Assembly: GCA_016188495.1 (NCBI GenBank)
Contig: JACPHU010000009.1
Location: 13,650 to 77,649, forward strand
Origin: Candidatus Uhrbacteria bacterium
GTDB lineage: Bacteria; Patescibacteriota; Patescibacteriia; UBA9934; GWF2-40-263
Direction: 5' to 3'
DNA length: 64,000 nt
In this document: piece after piece, positions 9,357-20,146 of the stretch
Position numbering within the stretch: the stretch's first letter is position 1
Layout: each line of letters opens with the position of its first letter
Program-made: the position numbers and the translations under genes
The notes under the pieces: generated by a model
The model's database searches: none
What the model saw: only the letters and a program-made list of their open reading frames with translations
What the model was told of the DNA's origin: nothing

Positions 9357-10646
9357 ATGCAGTTTCCTTCAGATCAAGCAATCCGTCAGGCTGTTAAAGC
9401 TCTCCATAACGCTCCCCACTTGGTCTATATCTATCAGACCGGTGTGACCGGCGGGTTATGTCAGTGGTTGTGGACGCCTGGCGCATCCAGGACGATTATG
9501 GGATTCAATTTTATTTATCCTCAGGAATCCCAAGATGAAGTATTGGGTCACACTCCGGATAACTACTGTTCGGAGCTGAATGCTCTCCAACTTGCGGCTG
9601 CAGCTCGTGAGGAAGCGACTCGCCTGGCTCATAAGCGTAAGCTTTCGACTCATCCCGTCATTGGTATCGGTATTACCGGAGCGGTGAGTACGGATCGAGT
9701 TCGTCGTGGAGAGGATCGGGTTCATATCGCGGCCGCGACCAGTCAGGGCATGCATGTCTTTACGGTAGTATTCCTCAAACCGGTGGTTGAAGAGGCTCCG
9801 TTAGTAGAAGATGAAGAGGCACGTACCGCACGTCTGCTTAAGGAGGAGGAAATTCGTGCTGCTCATCGACTAGAAGAGGGGAAACTCGCAGATCTATTAG
9901 CGCTCAATCAGATCCTCCAGCTTGCTGGAATAGATCAAGTTCCTCTTTCCGACCTGAGCCTTCTTTCATTGTCCACTCCTTATCTTTTTTCGGGTCAGTA
10001 CGCAGATGAGTTTACGTTGGGGGATACTGAAGTGAAGTTAGCCGACGTCTATCAGACCAACTCGGTCGATAAGATGTTATCTCCTGCAGGTGAAGTTATC
10101 GATATCCAAACAGATGACTTCCGTCTGGATCCTGATGAATGGATTCGTTTTCCCGGTTCGTTTGCTCCACTGCATCACGGTCATGAAGAAATGGCAGAAA
10201 TGTTGGAGCGTCAGACGGGCAAAAGAGTCGTCTTCGAAATTTCCGCTACGCACCCGCAGAAGGGGTTTATCGGAAACGAGGAAATTCTGCGCAGGGTCAG
10301 TCAGTTCCGTTATCGGTGGAACGTACTGGTTACGCAGGGAGCGGGACTCTACGTTGAGAAGGCAGAATTGTTTCCTGGCGTCCCAATGTTGATCGGCGCC
10401 GATGCCGTTCTCAACATGCTCAACGAGAAGTACTATTCGGATGGAGCAAAGGGAGTTCGTCGGACTCTCGAGCGTCTTTCCGAACTTAAAACTCGATTTT
10501 ACGTGGTAGGCCGAGAGGTTGACGGTCAGTTCTTGACTCGAGACGATCTCCCGATTCCGCCACGGTTCGCAGCTCTGTTCTTGGATGTGAGCTGTCGTAA
10601 CGACGTGTCATCCTCTCAGATCCGTGCTCAGCAGCAGGGATGCTGA
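9357..10646 (+). CDS. CinA/PncC-like N-domain fused to a HIGH-family nucleotidyltransferase (NadD-like)
   Basis: PGASRT and GIGITG (CinA-like); FPGSFAPLHHGH (HxGH), IGAD and VSSSQIR motifs. Confidence 0.75.
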   Translation: MQFPSDQAIRQAVKALHNAPHLVYIYQTGVTGGLCQWLWTPGASRTIMGFNFIYPQESQDEVLGHTPDNYCSELNALQLAAAAREEATRLAHKRKLSTHPVIGIGITGAVSTDRVRRGEDRVHIAAATSQGMHVFTVVFLKPVVEEAPLVEDEEARTARLLKEEEIRAAHRLEEGKLADLLALNQILQLAGIDQVPLSDLSLLSLSTPYLFSGQYADEFTLGDTEVKLADVYQTNSVDKMLSPAGEVIDIQTDDFRLDPDEWIRFPGSFAPLHHGHEEMAEMLERQTGKRVVFEISATHPQKGFIGNEEILRRVSQFRYRWNVLVTQGAGLYVEKAELFPGVPMLIGADAVLNMLNEKYYSDGAKGVRRTLERLSELKTRFYVVGREVDGQFLTRDDLPIPPRFAALFLDVSCRNDVSSSQIRAQQQGC

Positions 10647-10817
10647 TAGTCCCTTCAATAATCTTACTACCGATCCAGACGTCTGGATCGGTTTTTGTTT
10701 TTGGGGTTGTCTTTTTTGTTTCTCATGTTACGCTGGGTAGGTGAATACACTGATCCCCCTTGTGTAACCCTCAAGGTACCCCCTAAAGCTAGACTTTAGG
10801 GGGCATTATGCATTTTT

Positions 10818-12854
10818 ATGAATTTTCAACTTCAATCTGACTACCAGCCAGCTGGCGATCAGCCTAAAGCGATCGTGTCTTTGGTTCGTGCGATCAATGC
10901 GGGTGAGCAATTTCAGACATTGCTGGGTGTGACGGGTTCTGGGAAGACGTTTACGATGGCCAATGTCATCGCTCAAACGCAAAAGCCAACGCTTGTCATT
11001 GCGCATAACAAAACACTTGCTGCACAGTTGTGTAATGAGTTTCGGGAGTTTTTTCCTGAAAATGCCGTGGAGTATTTTGTCAGCTATTACGATTACTACC
11101 AACCAGAGGCCTACATGCCACGCACGGACACCTATATTGAGAAAGAATCTCAAATCAACGAGGAAATTGATCGTCTGCGCCACTCGGCGACACAGGCCAT
11201 TTTGTCCCGTCGGGACGTTATTATTGTGGCGAGCGTTTCCTGTATTTATGCGCTTGGAAGTCCAGAGGAATATAAACAGACGGTTCTGCATATAGAAAAG
11301 GGAACGATGTTCGAGCGAAACGATCTTCTTCGTAAACTCACCGAAATGCAGTTTGAACGAACGTCAGCCGACCTTACCCGTGGACATGTGCGAGCACGTG
11401 GGGATGTGGTCGAAATCATGCCGATGAACGAGGAGATTGTGTATCGCCTTTTGTTTTCCGACGAAGGCGGATCCGGTTCTGTCGGGGAAAACGAGCGTGT
11501 GATCGACATTCAGTCGCTTCACCCCGTGACTCGTAAGCTCATCAATCCTTTGCAAGACGTGTGGATTTTTCCGGCCAAACATTACGTCGTTTCCCAACCG
11601 CGTCAGAAAGACGCACTTCGTGAAATTCGAGAGGATCTTGCCGCGCGATTAGACCAGTTTGATAAAGAGGGAAAGGTTTTGGAGGCTGAGCGACTTTCGC
11701 GCCGTACGCGTTATGATTTGGAAATGATTCAGGAGATCGGCTATTGCACAGGCATCGAAAACTACTCGCGTCATTTTGACGGGCGTTTGCCAGGCCAGCC
11801 GCCGTATACGTTATTGGATTATTTTCCAAAAGATTTTTTGACCATTATTGACGAATCCCATGTAACCGTCCCGCAAGTGGGCGGCATGTACAGCGGGGAT
11901 AAGGCTCGAAAAGAAACGCTCATCGAGCATGGCTTCCGGCTTCCTAGTGCCAAAGACAACCGTCCGTTGCAGTTTTCTGAATTTGAAGAGCGTCTCGGGC
12001 AAACCGTTTTTGTGAGCGCGACGCCTGGTAAGTACGAAGCCAAGGTCTCTTCGCACGTCGTAGAACAAATTATTCGCCCAACCGGACTGGTTGATCCTGA
12101 AGTGTCTATTCGACCGGTCACAGAAAAAGGGGAGTACCCAGGTCAGGTAGAAGATTTAATCTCTGAGATCCAAAAGCGTGTTGCGGAAAAACAACGTGCG
12201 CTTGTTACAACACTCACCAAAAAGATGGCAGAGGACCTCACAGAATTTTTGCTTCAAAAATCTATTAAAGTTCAGTATCTCCATTCAGACGTTCAGACCC
12301 TTGATCGCATTACAATTCTCTCTGATTTACGAAAAGGGATTTATGACGTAGTGGTGGGAGTAAACCTTTTGCGTGAAGGGCTTGATCTTCCGGAGGTTAC
12401 GTTGGTTGCGATTCTTGATGCGGATAAAGAAGGGTTCTTGCGTTCTGAAACAGCCATTATTCAGACCATTGGTCGAGCCGCTCGAAACGTAAAAGGAGAA
12501 GTGATCGTGTATGCGGATCAGCTCACAGGGTCTCTGGATCGAGCGCTCAAAGAAACGGATCGTCGTCGCAAGATTCAGCTTGCTTATAATAAAGAACATG
12601 GCATTACTCCAAAGTCTATTCAAAAAGAGATTAAAGATATCCGAGCCATGTTGAGTGGTGAGGAGGAACATTCGATTGAAGGAATTTTGAAGCTGGAGAT
12701 GACCGCTGAAACGCATGAAATCGAAGACGTCTTGAAAGAGAAAGAATATGAAATGAAGGAGGCAGCAAGGAAACTTGATTTTGAAACCGCTGCCATTTTA
12801 CGAGACGAAATCGCGATACTTTCTAAAGAATTAAACTCAAAGAAAAAGAAGTAG
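10818..12854 (+). CDS. uvrB: Excinuclease ABC subunit B
   Basis: [23 protein letters not shown]-terminal UVR domain ([11 protein letters not shown]). Confidence 0.98.
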   Translation: MNFQLQSDYQPAGDQPKAIVSLVRAINAGEQFQTLLGVTGSGKTFTMANVIAQTQKPTLVIAHNKTLAAQLCNEFREFFPENAVEYFVSYYDYYQPEAYMPRTDTYIEKESQINEEIDRLRHSATQAILSRRDVIIVASVSCIYALGSPEEYKQTVLHIEKGTMFERNDLLRKLTEMQFERTSADLTRGHVRARGDVVEIMPMNEEIVYRLLFSDEGGSGSVGENERVIDIQSLHPVTRKLINPLQDVWIFPAKHYVVSQPRQKDALREIREDLAARLDQFDKEGKVLEAERLSRRTRYDLEMIQEIGYCTGIENYSRHFDGRLPGQPPYTLLDYFPKDFLTIIDESHVTVPQVGGMYSGDKARKETLIEHGFRLPSAKDNRPLQFSEFEERLGQTVFVSATPGKYEAKVSSHVVEQIIRPTGLVDPEVSIRPVTEKGEYPGQVEDLISEIQKRVAEKQRALVTTLTKKMAEDLTEFLLQKSIKVQYLHSDVQTLDRITILSDLRKGIYDVVVGVNLLREGLDLPEVTLVAILDADKEGFLRSETAIIQTIGRAARNVKGEVIVYADQLTGSLDRALKETDRRRKIQLAYNKEHGITPKSIQKEIKDIRAMLSGEEEHSIEGILKLEMTAETHEIEDVLKEKEYEMKEAARKLDFETAAILRDEIAILSKELNSKKKK

Positions 12855-12975
12855 AACTTACACACTTGGCCCATTTTGGGTTTATGGGGCCCCTGCGACT
12901 CATCACCGTATTATGAATACGGCTCTGTCGTCGCTTCCCCATGCACCCAAACTGGACTCAATTGTGCAAGTTCTA
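12852..12975. repeat. Long imperfect palindromic (MITE/REP-like) element between uvrB and uvrA
   Basis: TAGAACTTaCACA...TGTGcAAGTTCTA termini; nested TTTGGGT/ACCCAAA, ATGGGG/CCCCAT, GCGAC/GTCGC and CCGTATT/AATACGG stems. Confidence 0.75.
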
Positions 12976-12989
12976 ATAAGAGAAATGGT

Positions 12990-15524
12990 ATGCAAGATAA
13001 AATTAAAGTAAAAGGAGCCAGAGAACATAACCTTAAAAACATTTCTGTTGAAATGCCTCGCAACAAGCTGATTTGTATTACCGGTGTTTCTGGTTCTGGA
13101 AAATCAAGTCTTGCCTTTGATACGATTTTTGCCGAGGGTCAACGTCGATACGTGGAAAGTTTATCCGCCTATGCCCGTCAGTTTTTAGGACAGATGGAAA
13201 AACCAGATGTCGATGAAATTGAAGGATTATCTCCCGCGATTTCCATTGATCAAAAGGCCCATGGAAGCAATCCACGTTCAACCGTTGCCACAATCACGGA
13301 GATTTACGATTATTTACGTGTCTTGTTTGCCCGTGTGGGTCAGCCGCACTGCGTAAAGTGCGGAGAGAAAATTCAAAAACTCACAAATGAAGAGATGGTG
13401 GATTTGATTATTCACAACAGTTCAACATGGGAAAAAACAGGTTCTATCAAAATATTGGCGCCGGTGGTGAAGGGACGTAAGGGTGAGTATTATCAGCTTC
13501 TATATGATCTTTATAACTCAGGATTTGTTCGAGTACGGATTGATGGAGAAGAACATCGTTTAGATCAACCCATTAAGTTGGCTCGTTATAAACAACATAC
13601 GATTGAAATCGTGGTCGATACGATTCCTGTCTCTGCGTTTAAGACCAACGAAAAAGATACTCGTCAGCGTTTAGCCGATGCGCTTGAAATTGGGGTAGAT
13701 CGTGGAGAAGATGTGGTGAATATTATTTATCCAGATAGCAGTGAACAACTTTTGTCCGCAAAGTTTAGCTGTCCCAAAGACGGATTTTCATTTCCAGAAA
13801 TTGAACCGAGACTTTTTTCTTTTAACTCTCCTTACGGTGCCTGTCCTGAGTGTACGGGTTTGGGAACGGCTGAGCTTTATTCAGAAGAGTTGTGTGGAAA
13901 ATGTTCTGGCGCACGACTGCGCGAAGAGGCTCTGTTTGTTTGGTTACCTCCAGGACAAGGTGATAAAAGAAAAGGAATCTCCATTGTCGAAATTTCCAGA
14001 ATGTCTATTTCAGAGTCTGTAGAATATTTTAAACACGTTTCTTTTGATGAGAAACAGCAGCAGATTGCCGGATCTGTCTTAAAAGAAATTGAGAACCGTT
14101 TAACGTTCATGTTGGACGTAGGGCTTCATTACCTCACGCTTAATCGTATGGCGGGAACTCTCTCTGGTGGTGAGGCACAACGCATCCGTCTTGCCTCTCA
14201 AGTTGGTTCTCGATTGGTAGGAGCTTTGTATGTATTGGATGAGCCTACCATCGGACTCCATCAGCGCGATAACGATCGTTTGATTGAAACCCTTGAAGAT
14301 CTCCGTGATCTTGGAAATACCGTGTTAGTGGTCGAGCATGATGAGGATACGATGCTCGCATCAGATTACATGATCGAAATCGGTCCAGGAGCTGGAGTCA
14401 ATGGAGGGTATCTGATTGCGGCCGGGGATACAGCAGAGGTGTTAAAAGACAAAAATTCTCTTACCGCCGCTTATTTGCGCGGAGATAAAAAAATTGACGT
14501 TCCAACAGAACGTCGTGCTCCTGGTAAAGATGTCATCAAAATTAAAGGCGCTTCACAAAATAATTTGAAGAACATCGATGTAGAAATTCCACTACGAAGA
14601 TTTGTCTGTGTGACAGGAGTTTCAGGTTCTGGAAAGTCCACCCTTGCTTATGAAACCATGTATAAAACGATTTCTCAGAAATTGTATGGAGGTAAACAAA
14701 CTCCTGGAAACCACAAAGCGGTATTGGGCGTTGAATATTTAGACAAAGCTATTTTGATTGACCAAGGAGCCATTGGTCGTACCTCTCGTTCAAACCCCGC
14801 AACCTATACCGGTTCCTGGGAACCTATTCGAGACATATTTGCCCAGACATCCGAGGCTCGTTATCGCGGATATAAAAAAGGACGATTTAGTTTTAATCGT
14901 CCAGGGGGCCGTTGTGAAAATTGCGAAGGTCACGGTCTTATCTCTATTGAAATGCATTTTTTGCCTACGGTGTACGTGACCTGCGATGTGTGTAAAGGCC
15001 GACGGTTTGATCGAGAAACTTTAGAGATTACTTACAAAGAGAAAAATATCTTTCAGGTACTGGATATGGAGGTAGAGCAGGCTGCTGAGTTTTTTAAAGA
15101 AATTCCTGCGATCTCTGACCGTCTTGAAACACTTAAGCGTGTAGGTCTTGGATATGTGAAATTAGGGCAATCCGCCCCGACTCTTTCAGGAGGGGAGGCG
15201 CAGCGCGTGAAACTTTCTACAGAACTCGCCAAACGTCAGACAGGAAAAACCCTCTATCTGCTTGATGAACCAACAACGGGTCTACACTTTGAGGATGTAA
15301 AAAAATTGCTTGAAGTTCTGCATGAGCTTGTTGATAAAGGAAATACTGTGGTGGTGATCGAACATAACTTAGACGTGATCAAAACAGCCGATTGGCTCAT
15401 TGATTTGGGTCCAGAAGGTGGGGATTTGGGAGGAGAGCTGGTGATCGCCGGTACCCCAGAGGACGTTGCCCGTCATAAGGGAAGTTATACAGGGCAGTAT
15501 TTAAAACGGATATTGAAAAAGTAG
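12990..15524 (+). CDS. uvrA: Excinuclease ABC subunit A
   Basis: True start [17 protein letters not shown]; two GVSGSGKS Walker A motifs, LSGGEAQR signatures, Zn fingers. Confidence 0.98.
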   Translation: MQDKIKVKGAREHNLKNISVEMPRNKLICITGVSGSGKSSLAFDTIFAEGQRRYVESLSAYARQFLGQMEKPDVDEIEGLSPAISIDQKAHGSNPRSTVATITEIYDYLRVLFARVGQPHCVKCGEKIQKLTNEEMVDLIIHNSSTWEKTGSIKILAPVVKGRKGEYYQLLYDLYNSGFVRVRIDGEEHRLDQPIKLARYKQHTIEIVVDTIPVSAFKTNEKDTRQRLADALEIGVDRGEDVVNIIYPDSSEQLLSAKFSCPKDGFSFPEIEPRLFSFNSPYGACPECTGLGTAELYSEELCGKCSGARLREEALFVWLPPGQGDKRKGISIVEISRMSISESVEYFKHVSFDEKQQQIAGSVLKEIENRLTFMLDVGLHYLTLNRMAGTLSGGEAQRIRLASQVGSRLVGALYVLDEPTIGLHQRDNDRLIETLEDLRDLGNTVLVVEHDEDTMLASDYMIEIGPGAGVNGGYLIAAGDTAEVLKDKNSLTAAYLRGDKKIDVPTERRAPGKDVIKIKGASQNNLKNIDVEIPLRRFVCVTGVSGSGKSTLAYETMYKTISQKLYGGKQTPGNHKAVLGVEYLDKAILIDQGAIGRTSRSNPATYTGSWEPIRDIFAQTSEARYRGYKKGRFSFNRPGGRCENCEGHGLISIEMHFLPTVYVTCDVCKGRRFDRETLEITYKEKNIFQVLDMEVEQAAEFFKEIPAISDRLETLKRVGLGYVKLGQSAPTLSGGEAQRVKLSTELAKRQTGKTLYLLDEPTTGLHFEDVKKLLEVLHELVDKGNTVVVIEHNLDVIKTADWLIDLGPEGGDLGGELVIAGTPEDVARHKGSYTGQYLKRILKK

Positions 15525-15554
15525 GTGGATAGAACTTAAGTCGCCCATTATATT

Positions 15555-15587
15555 CCCTGAGCGAGGAGTCCTCGACGAGTCGAAGGG
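15555..15587. repeat. Short REP-like palindrome CCCTGAG...TCGAAGGG
   Basis: Same ends as the modules at 34694-34712 and, inverted, at 57825-57843; internal CGAGGA-G-TCCTCG hairpin. Confidence 0.6.
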
Positions 15588-15637
15588 TGCAGATCATGCT
15601 AAAATTATTCTGTCATTTAATGTTCTTAATGTATTTT

Positions 15638-16348
15638 ATGAAAAAAGTTTTTCTTGTATTCAGTCTAGCCTTGTTTCTTAGTGGAGGAGGATGTGTTTCC
15701 ACACCAGTTCTACAAACAGAAACAACGACTCAAAATGAACCTGTTTCTGAAAAAACGACACAAGAAGCCGTTGAAGAACTTCAAACAGAAGAGGAATTTA
15801 CTGGTCCAACAGAGACATCGGATCCGCTCACTGAGGATGAATTGGGATTTTCAGTCGAAGCTCCCGAAGATTGGGGTGAATTTTCTGCTGTATTGTATAG
15901 ACAATGGTGGCCACAGGAGCCTGGTTTGGGGGAAGATAAAGAATATCGAGGGGTCTTTAGTCAGCAATCAGCTGTTATCTACCGCACGACGTTAAGTGCT
16001 GTGGCTCGAGGAGGATATGTTGGCGATGTTCAGGGGTATCTCAAACAATCGGATGGTTATTATCTATTGTCCCCCGGAGCTTCCACAGGACCTCAAATAC
16101 AGGTTCCGACTGAATATATCGTAGGAGAAATTTCGTTAGCAAATGCTACAGCTTTATTATTAAAAGGTTCTTCTCAAGGTGAAGAAGGTCCAAGTTTTTT
16201 CCCGAATGACCCTGATGAATTTGTTGCTGTCATCAACACTCCTAAAGGTTCTGTGACCGGCGGCGTCTTTATTGCCAATATGGATGGTCAGCCCGTTGTG
16301 ACTATGGAAGCATTTAAGGCGATGTTATTGGGAGTTCTATTGGAATAG
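15638..16348 (+). CDS. Putative lipoprotein
   Basis: MKKVFLVFSLALFLSGGGC lipobox-like signal peptide followed by a T/E-rich linker. Confidence 0.75.
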   Translation: MKKVFLVFSLALFLSGGGCVSTPVLQTETTTQNEPVSEKTTQEAVEELQTEEEFTGPTETSDPLTEDELGFSVEAPEDWGEFSAVLYRQWWPQEPGLGEDKEYRGVFSQQSAVIYRTTLSAVARGGYVGDVQGYLKQSDGYYLLSPGASTGPQIQVPTEYIVGEISLANATALLLKGSSQGEEGPSFFPNDPDEFVAVINTPKGSVTGGVFIANMDGQPVVTMEAFKAMLLGVLLE

Positions 16349-16472
16349 AATTTTTCAAATCAAAAGAAGGATCACGCAATGTGATCCTTCTTTTGATTTT
16401 CCCAGGGTAAACACGCCATCAGTTTGGTTTGTAGAGAGTCCCATTTCCTGTTGGGGTATATGTCCAAATAGG

Positions 16473-16501
16473 TTGACAAAACTCTATTTTTATGATAAAG
16501 T
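16473..16501 (+). promoter_or_regulatory. Sigma70 promoter
   Basis: TTGACA-17 nt-(TGn)TAAAGT. Confidence 0.65.
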
Positions 16502-16553
16502 TATTAGGTTTTTATTGAACATATTGTCAGTAAACCCTTGATTCGGAGGTTTT

Positions 16554-17090
16554 ATGGAGATGCATAAGGCACCGGTGTTATGTATGGTCGATTATGGCGA
16601 AGTGTTCTTTACCACTCAGTCCCTGGCTGATCAGCGGGGGGATGACTGGAGTAGTGCTCCATATGAGCATAATGCTGGAGATCCCTACGAACCCTGTTGG
16701 CACAACAGGCCCGACCAACAGAGAGAGGCCCCATGTCGGTGTGAGCGTTGCCAGAAGGATTGGAATGAAGATGGTTCCCCGAAGTGGGAGATCACTTCCT
16801 TCTGTATTGAGGGGGTCGAGTTAGCGGAACCCATGGATCTGCTGACTCGGCATTACATCAGTGTGAAGGATGTCAACCGTGGAATCGTTCCATGGCTGAC
16901 CAATGGTGTATGGGATGAGGAAGCGAACGAGGACTGGGATCCGTGGGGAGATGTTCCTGCCGTCTTGACCCCGCCGGCTGACGGAAGTCCACTCATTTCC
17001 ATCATGGCCGGGACCAGCCTGGAGGAGTTCACCCGTCTCATCGAGTCGATCGGTGGAACGGTTCGGTTGTATGAACCGACTCCAGAGTGA
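16554..17090 (+). CDS. Hypothetical protein (phage-like orphan)
   Basis: GGAGG SD; GDDWSSAPYEHNAG motif and a C-H-CxCxxC cluster; followed by a long hairpin and T-run. Confidence 0.75.
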   Translation: MEMHKAPVLCMVDYGEVFFTTQSLADQRGDDWSSAPYEHNAGDPYEPCWHNRPDQQREAPCRCERCQKDWNEDGSPKWEITSFCIEGVELAEPMDLLTRHYISVKDVNRGIVPWLTNGVWDEEANEDWDPWGDVPAVLTPPADGSPLISIMAGTSLEEFTRLIESIGGTVRLYEPTPE

Positions 17091-17245
17091 AGAGCGGACT
17101 CGTCAATTAAGCTCGCGCACTCGCGCCAGCGGAAATAGCTCACTCATGTGAAGCTTCCGCTGACCGTGGGTGCGCTATTTTTTTTGGAATGAACATGTTG
17201 TTGAGAATAAAAAACAGGACCACATTGCATGGTCCTGTTTTTTGG

Positions 17246-17755
17246 TTATTGCACGATGAGTGTTCCTGCCATTCCCGAGGATTTGTGGGAACCGATGTCG
17301 CAGTAGAACGAATAGCTTCCAGGTTCGGACGGCGCGGTGAAGAGGAGGGACTCGCCTTCGTTGATGCTGAAGTTGATGCTTGAGGCGGGTAATACGAACG
17401 TATGCATGCCGGTATTTTTGGCAAAGGTGATTTTGACGCGTCCGCCTGCCGGGGCCGTGATGGTGTTTGGCGTAAAGAAGTAGTTGCCGCTTTCCATACT
17501 GACCGCCGTTTCTGTTTCAAGCCCGAGCGTGACTTCCGTCACAGGCACCGCCGTGGTACCACCCTCGCTGTTTTCGTTTCCTGTAACAGCAACGGTTCCG
17601 GTCTCCGTCGTCACCTCAATTTCCGGCGTCGGAGAGTTGGCTTGTTCCTGCGTGTTCGTGTCTTTTGAAGCAGGCAGGGTTGAATCGGCGGGCGTCTGGG
17701 CACACCCAGCCCCAAGCAAGGTAACAACCAGTAAAAGAGAAAAAAGAGAATTCAT
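17246..17755 (-). CDS. Cupredoxin (plastocyanin/azurin-like) lipoprotein
   Basis: LLGAGC lipobox; GMHTF and YSFYCDIGSHKSSGMAGTLIV type-1 copper ligands (H, C, H, M). Confidence 0.88.
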   Translation of the reverse strand: MNSLFSLLLVVTLLGAGCAQTPADSTLPASKDTNTQEQANSPTPEIEVTTETGTVAVTGNENSEGGTTAVPVTEVTLGLETETAVSMESGNYFFTPNTITAPAGGRVKITFAKNTGMHTFVLPASSINFSINEGESLLFTAPSEPGSYSFYCDIGSHKSSGMAGTLIVQ

Positions 17756-17758
17756 AAT

Positions 17759-18013
17759 CTACGTTGCTAAATTTGCAATGACCAACTTGAGAAGATCAAC
17801 AGCTAATCTTGGATTTTGTGTATCTGCTATGTCCTTAATGCGATCACAAAATTCACTTATCTCTCCTGGGTGCTGGCGAATAAACGTTATGACAACAGGC
17901 ATATTGTTTTCAGCATCAGTGAATAACATTGATACAGCCTCGCCCACATCTTTAATTTCATGTGTTTCTCTTTTTGATTCTGATCTAAAATTGTTCTGTT
18001 CTCTCGTGTTCAT
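17759..18013 (-). CDS. Hypothetical protein
   Basis: 84-aa ORF directly upstream of and co-oriented with the cupredoxin gene. Confidence 0.55.
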   Translation of the reverse strand: MNTREQNNFRSESKRETHEIKDVGEAVSMLFTDAENNMPVVITFIRQHPGEISEFCDRIKDIADTQNPRLAVDLLKLVIANLAT

Positions 18014-18077
18014 AACGGTTTTTTAATAATATAGGTATTATGTTTAAAGCTTACCATCCATGTTTTTTAGACGCAAT

Positions 18078-19460
18078 ATGATTCCTCCTGAGGTTATTGT
18101 AGAAAATAACGAACTTCCCGATACTCCTGGAGTGTATTTTTATTATGATCGAACGGGAGAGTTACTCTATGTGGGAAAGGCGACGTCGCTTAAACGACGG
18201 GTGGGGTCTTATTTTACCAAAGCTCATGAGCGTCGGATTGAAGAGCTGGTCAGCCAGATTGCCCGGATTGACTATGTCCAGACACCTACCGTGATTGAGG
18301 CATTGGTTCTAGAGGCTAATCAGATCAAAGCGTTGCGTCCTAAGTACAATATCCTGCAACGAGATGATAAAACTTTTTTATATCTGGTGATTACCAACGA
18401 GCCGTTTCCTCGTCCGCTTCTGATTCGTGGCCATGAATTGGAGGTGATGGGAGTGAATCCGTTTCAGACGACTCTGTCGCCTGTGGCGAAGAAAAAATTT
18501 TTGCGCGTATTCGGCCCCTATATTAGCGGTCGTTCACTCAAGATTGCGCTTGAACTTGTCCGCAAAAGCATTCCTTGGAGCGATTGCCAACCCCCGGAAA
18601 TCACCGGGCGTACCAGGCCTTGTTTTAATTCTCAAATCGACAAATGTCCCGGCGTGTGTTCCGGAAAGATTTCCAAGCAAGCCTATCGAACCTATATCCG
18701 TCAGCTCATTCTTTTTTTTGAAGGGAAAAAAGCGCGGTTAGAACGAGAGATGGAAAAAGAAATGGAGCAAGCTTCCAAAGCTCTGCGTTTTGAAGAAGCG
18801 ACTGTGTTACGCAGGCGTCTTGGGGCCTTGCAGCATATCCAAGACGTCGCGCTTCTTTCCAAAGAAGATCATGAACTTCCGTTTAAACAAACCCGACCTC
18901 AAGAGGGAATTGATCTTCAAGGACGTATTGAAGCCTACGATATCAGCAATATTTCAGGAACATCGGCTGTTGGGTCCATGGTGGTGTTTGAAGAGGGAAA
19001 ACCAGCAAAAGCGAAATATCGAAAATTCAAAATTAAAACCGTGAATGGTCCTAACGACGTGGCGATGATGGAGGAAGTCATTCGACGCCGGCTCAAGCGC
19101 GCTCAAACCTCTCCACTGAGTTGGTCCTTGCCTCAAGTGATGGTGATTGATGGAGGCAAACCTCAAGTCAATCGGGTACAACATATTTTGGATGAGCTGA
19201 AGATAAAGGTTCCCATTGTGGGGTTGGCTAAAGGCTTTGATCGCAAACAGGATCGCCTCATTTTCGACCGGACGAATACCGATCTTGCGCGTGTCGTCCA
19301 TCGTGGAAAAGAGGTATTTCAGAAAGCGCGCGACGAAGCGCATCGATTCGCGGTTTCGTATCATCGTGCCTTGCGAGGAAGGACGCTGATTCTTTCTAAA
19401 AAGAAAAAGACTTCAGGACGAAGTCTTAGGGCAGCGGAGGAAATAATAGATCATGAATGA
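18078..19460 (+). CDS. uvrC: Excinuclease ABC subunit C (no C-terminal HhH domain)
   Basis: GIY-YIG (PGVYFY...LYVGKA), Cys-rich region, UVR domain, RIEAYDISN, IDGGKPQ, RDEAHRFA. Confidence 0.93.
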   Translation: MIPPEVIVENNELPDTPGVYFYYDRTGELLYVGKATSLKRRVGSYFTKAHERRIEELVSQIARIDYVQTPTVIEALVLEANQIKALRPKYNILQRDDKTFLYLVITNEPFPRPLLIRGHELEVMGVNPFQTTLSPVAKKKFLRVFGPYISGRSLKIALELVRKSIPWSDCQPPEITGRTRPCFNSQIDKCPGVCSGKISKQAYRTYIRQLILFFEGKKARLEREMEKEMEQASKALRFEEATVLRRRLGALQHIQDVALLSKEDHELPFKQTRPQEGIDLQGRIEAYDISNISGTSAVGSMVVFEEGKPAKAKYRKFKIKTVNGPNDVAMMEEVIRRRLKRAQTSPLSWSLPQVMVIDGGKPQVNRVQHILDELKIKVPIVGLAKGFDRKQDRLIFDRTNTDLARVVHRGKEVFQKARDEAHRFAVSYHRALRGRTLILSKKKKTSGRSLRAAEEIIDHE

Positions 19461-19788
19461 GTTGAGCTGTTTCTCGATTATCAGGAAGCGCTTGCGTACA
19501 GCCTGCCTCGCGCATCTTGACACACCATCCCACGATATTACTGACCGCTATCATGGGACCGTCAAAACGTGCACGGAAATGTCTTGCCAGTGAGAAACTG
19601 GTTGCGCGAATTCGCCAGTCGATTCCTCCCAGTACAATCAAGTCATACACATCTAATCGGTCGAGAGTCTTTATCTGACATATTTCCTGAGCGTTTATTT
19701 GATAAATGATCTCAGATCGTCCGTCTACCAATGAGAGCGCGCCCGAAAGGCTGGAATGCGAATCACAGATAGCAAGGATGTATTTCAT
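19426..19788 (-). CDS. Degenerate receiver-like protein
   Basis: GAGGAG SD; YILAICD, YDLIVL, MIAVS and REAGC pattern of the CheY fold without the canonical phospho-Asp. Confidence 0.5.
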   Translation of the reverse strand: MKYILAICDSHSSLSGALSLVDGRSEIIYQINAQEICQIKTLDRLDVYDLIVLGGIDWRIRATSFSLARHFRARFDGPMIAVSNIVGWCVKMREAGCTQALPDNRETAQLIHDLLFPPLP

Positions 19789-19861
19789 GTTCGATCTCCT
19801 CTTTCCCTGATAGAGTTATTCTGAGCCTACCAGGTCTTCCTAAAAAACAAAAATCGTTTGT

Positions 19862-20113
19862 ATGCAAAAAAAACAATCAGAATTTATGACAGAAACAGCT
19901 GGATGGATCGGCGTCCTCTTGATTCTTTTTGCCTATGCTCTTTTGAGTTTCGGATTTATCTCTTCCCAAAGTTTTTGGTATCACGGATTGAATTTTTTTG
20001 GAGGTATTGGAATTATTGCTGACGCTTTAGCCGATAAAGATTATCAGCCCGTTGTTCTTAATCTCATTTGGATGGGAATCGCCGTTTATGCGATCATCCA
20101 AATTGTTCTTTGA
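19862..20113 (+). CDS. Small membrane protein (CBU_0592-like)
   Basis: GWIGVLLILFAYALL...YHGLNFFGG...YQPVVLNLIW. Confidence 0.75.
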   Translation: MQKKQSEFMTETAGWIGVLLILFAYALLSFGFISSQSFWYHGLNFFGGIGIIADALADKDYQPVVLNLIWMGIAVYAIIQIVL

Positions 20114-20146
20114 TTTTTTCTCATCTACTCAAAGCAGATCAGTACC

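Noticed and set aside
10779-10803. Hairpin upstream of uvrB as an SOS/LexA operator
   Set aside because: No matching site before uvrA or uvrC and no recognised LexA consensus
12876-12989. N-terminal extension of UvrA in the ORF track
   Set aside because: It is the translation of the palindromic element; the conserved start is at 12990
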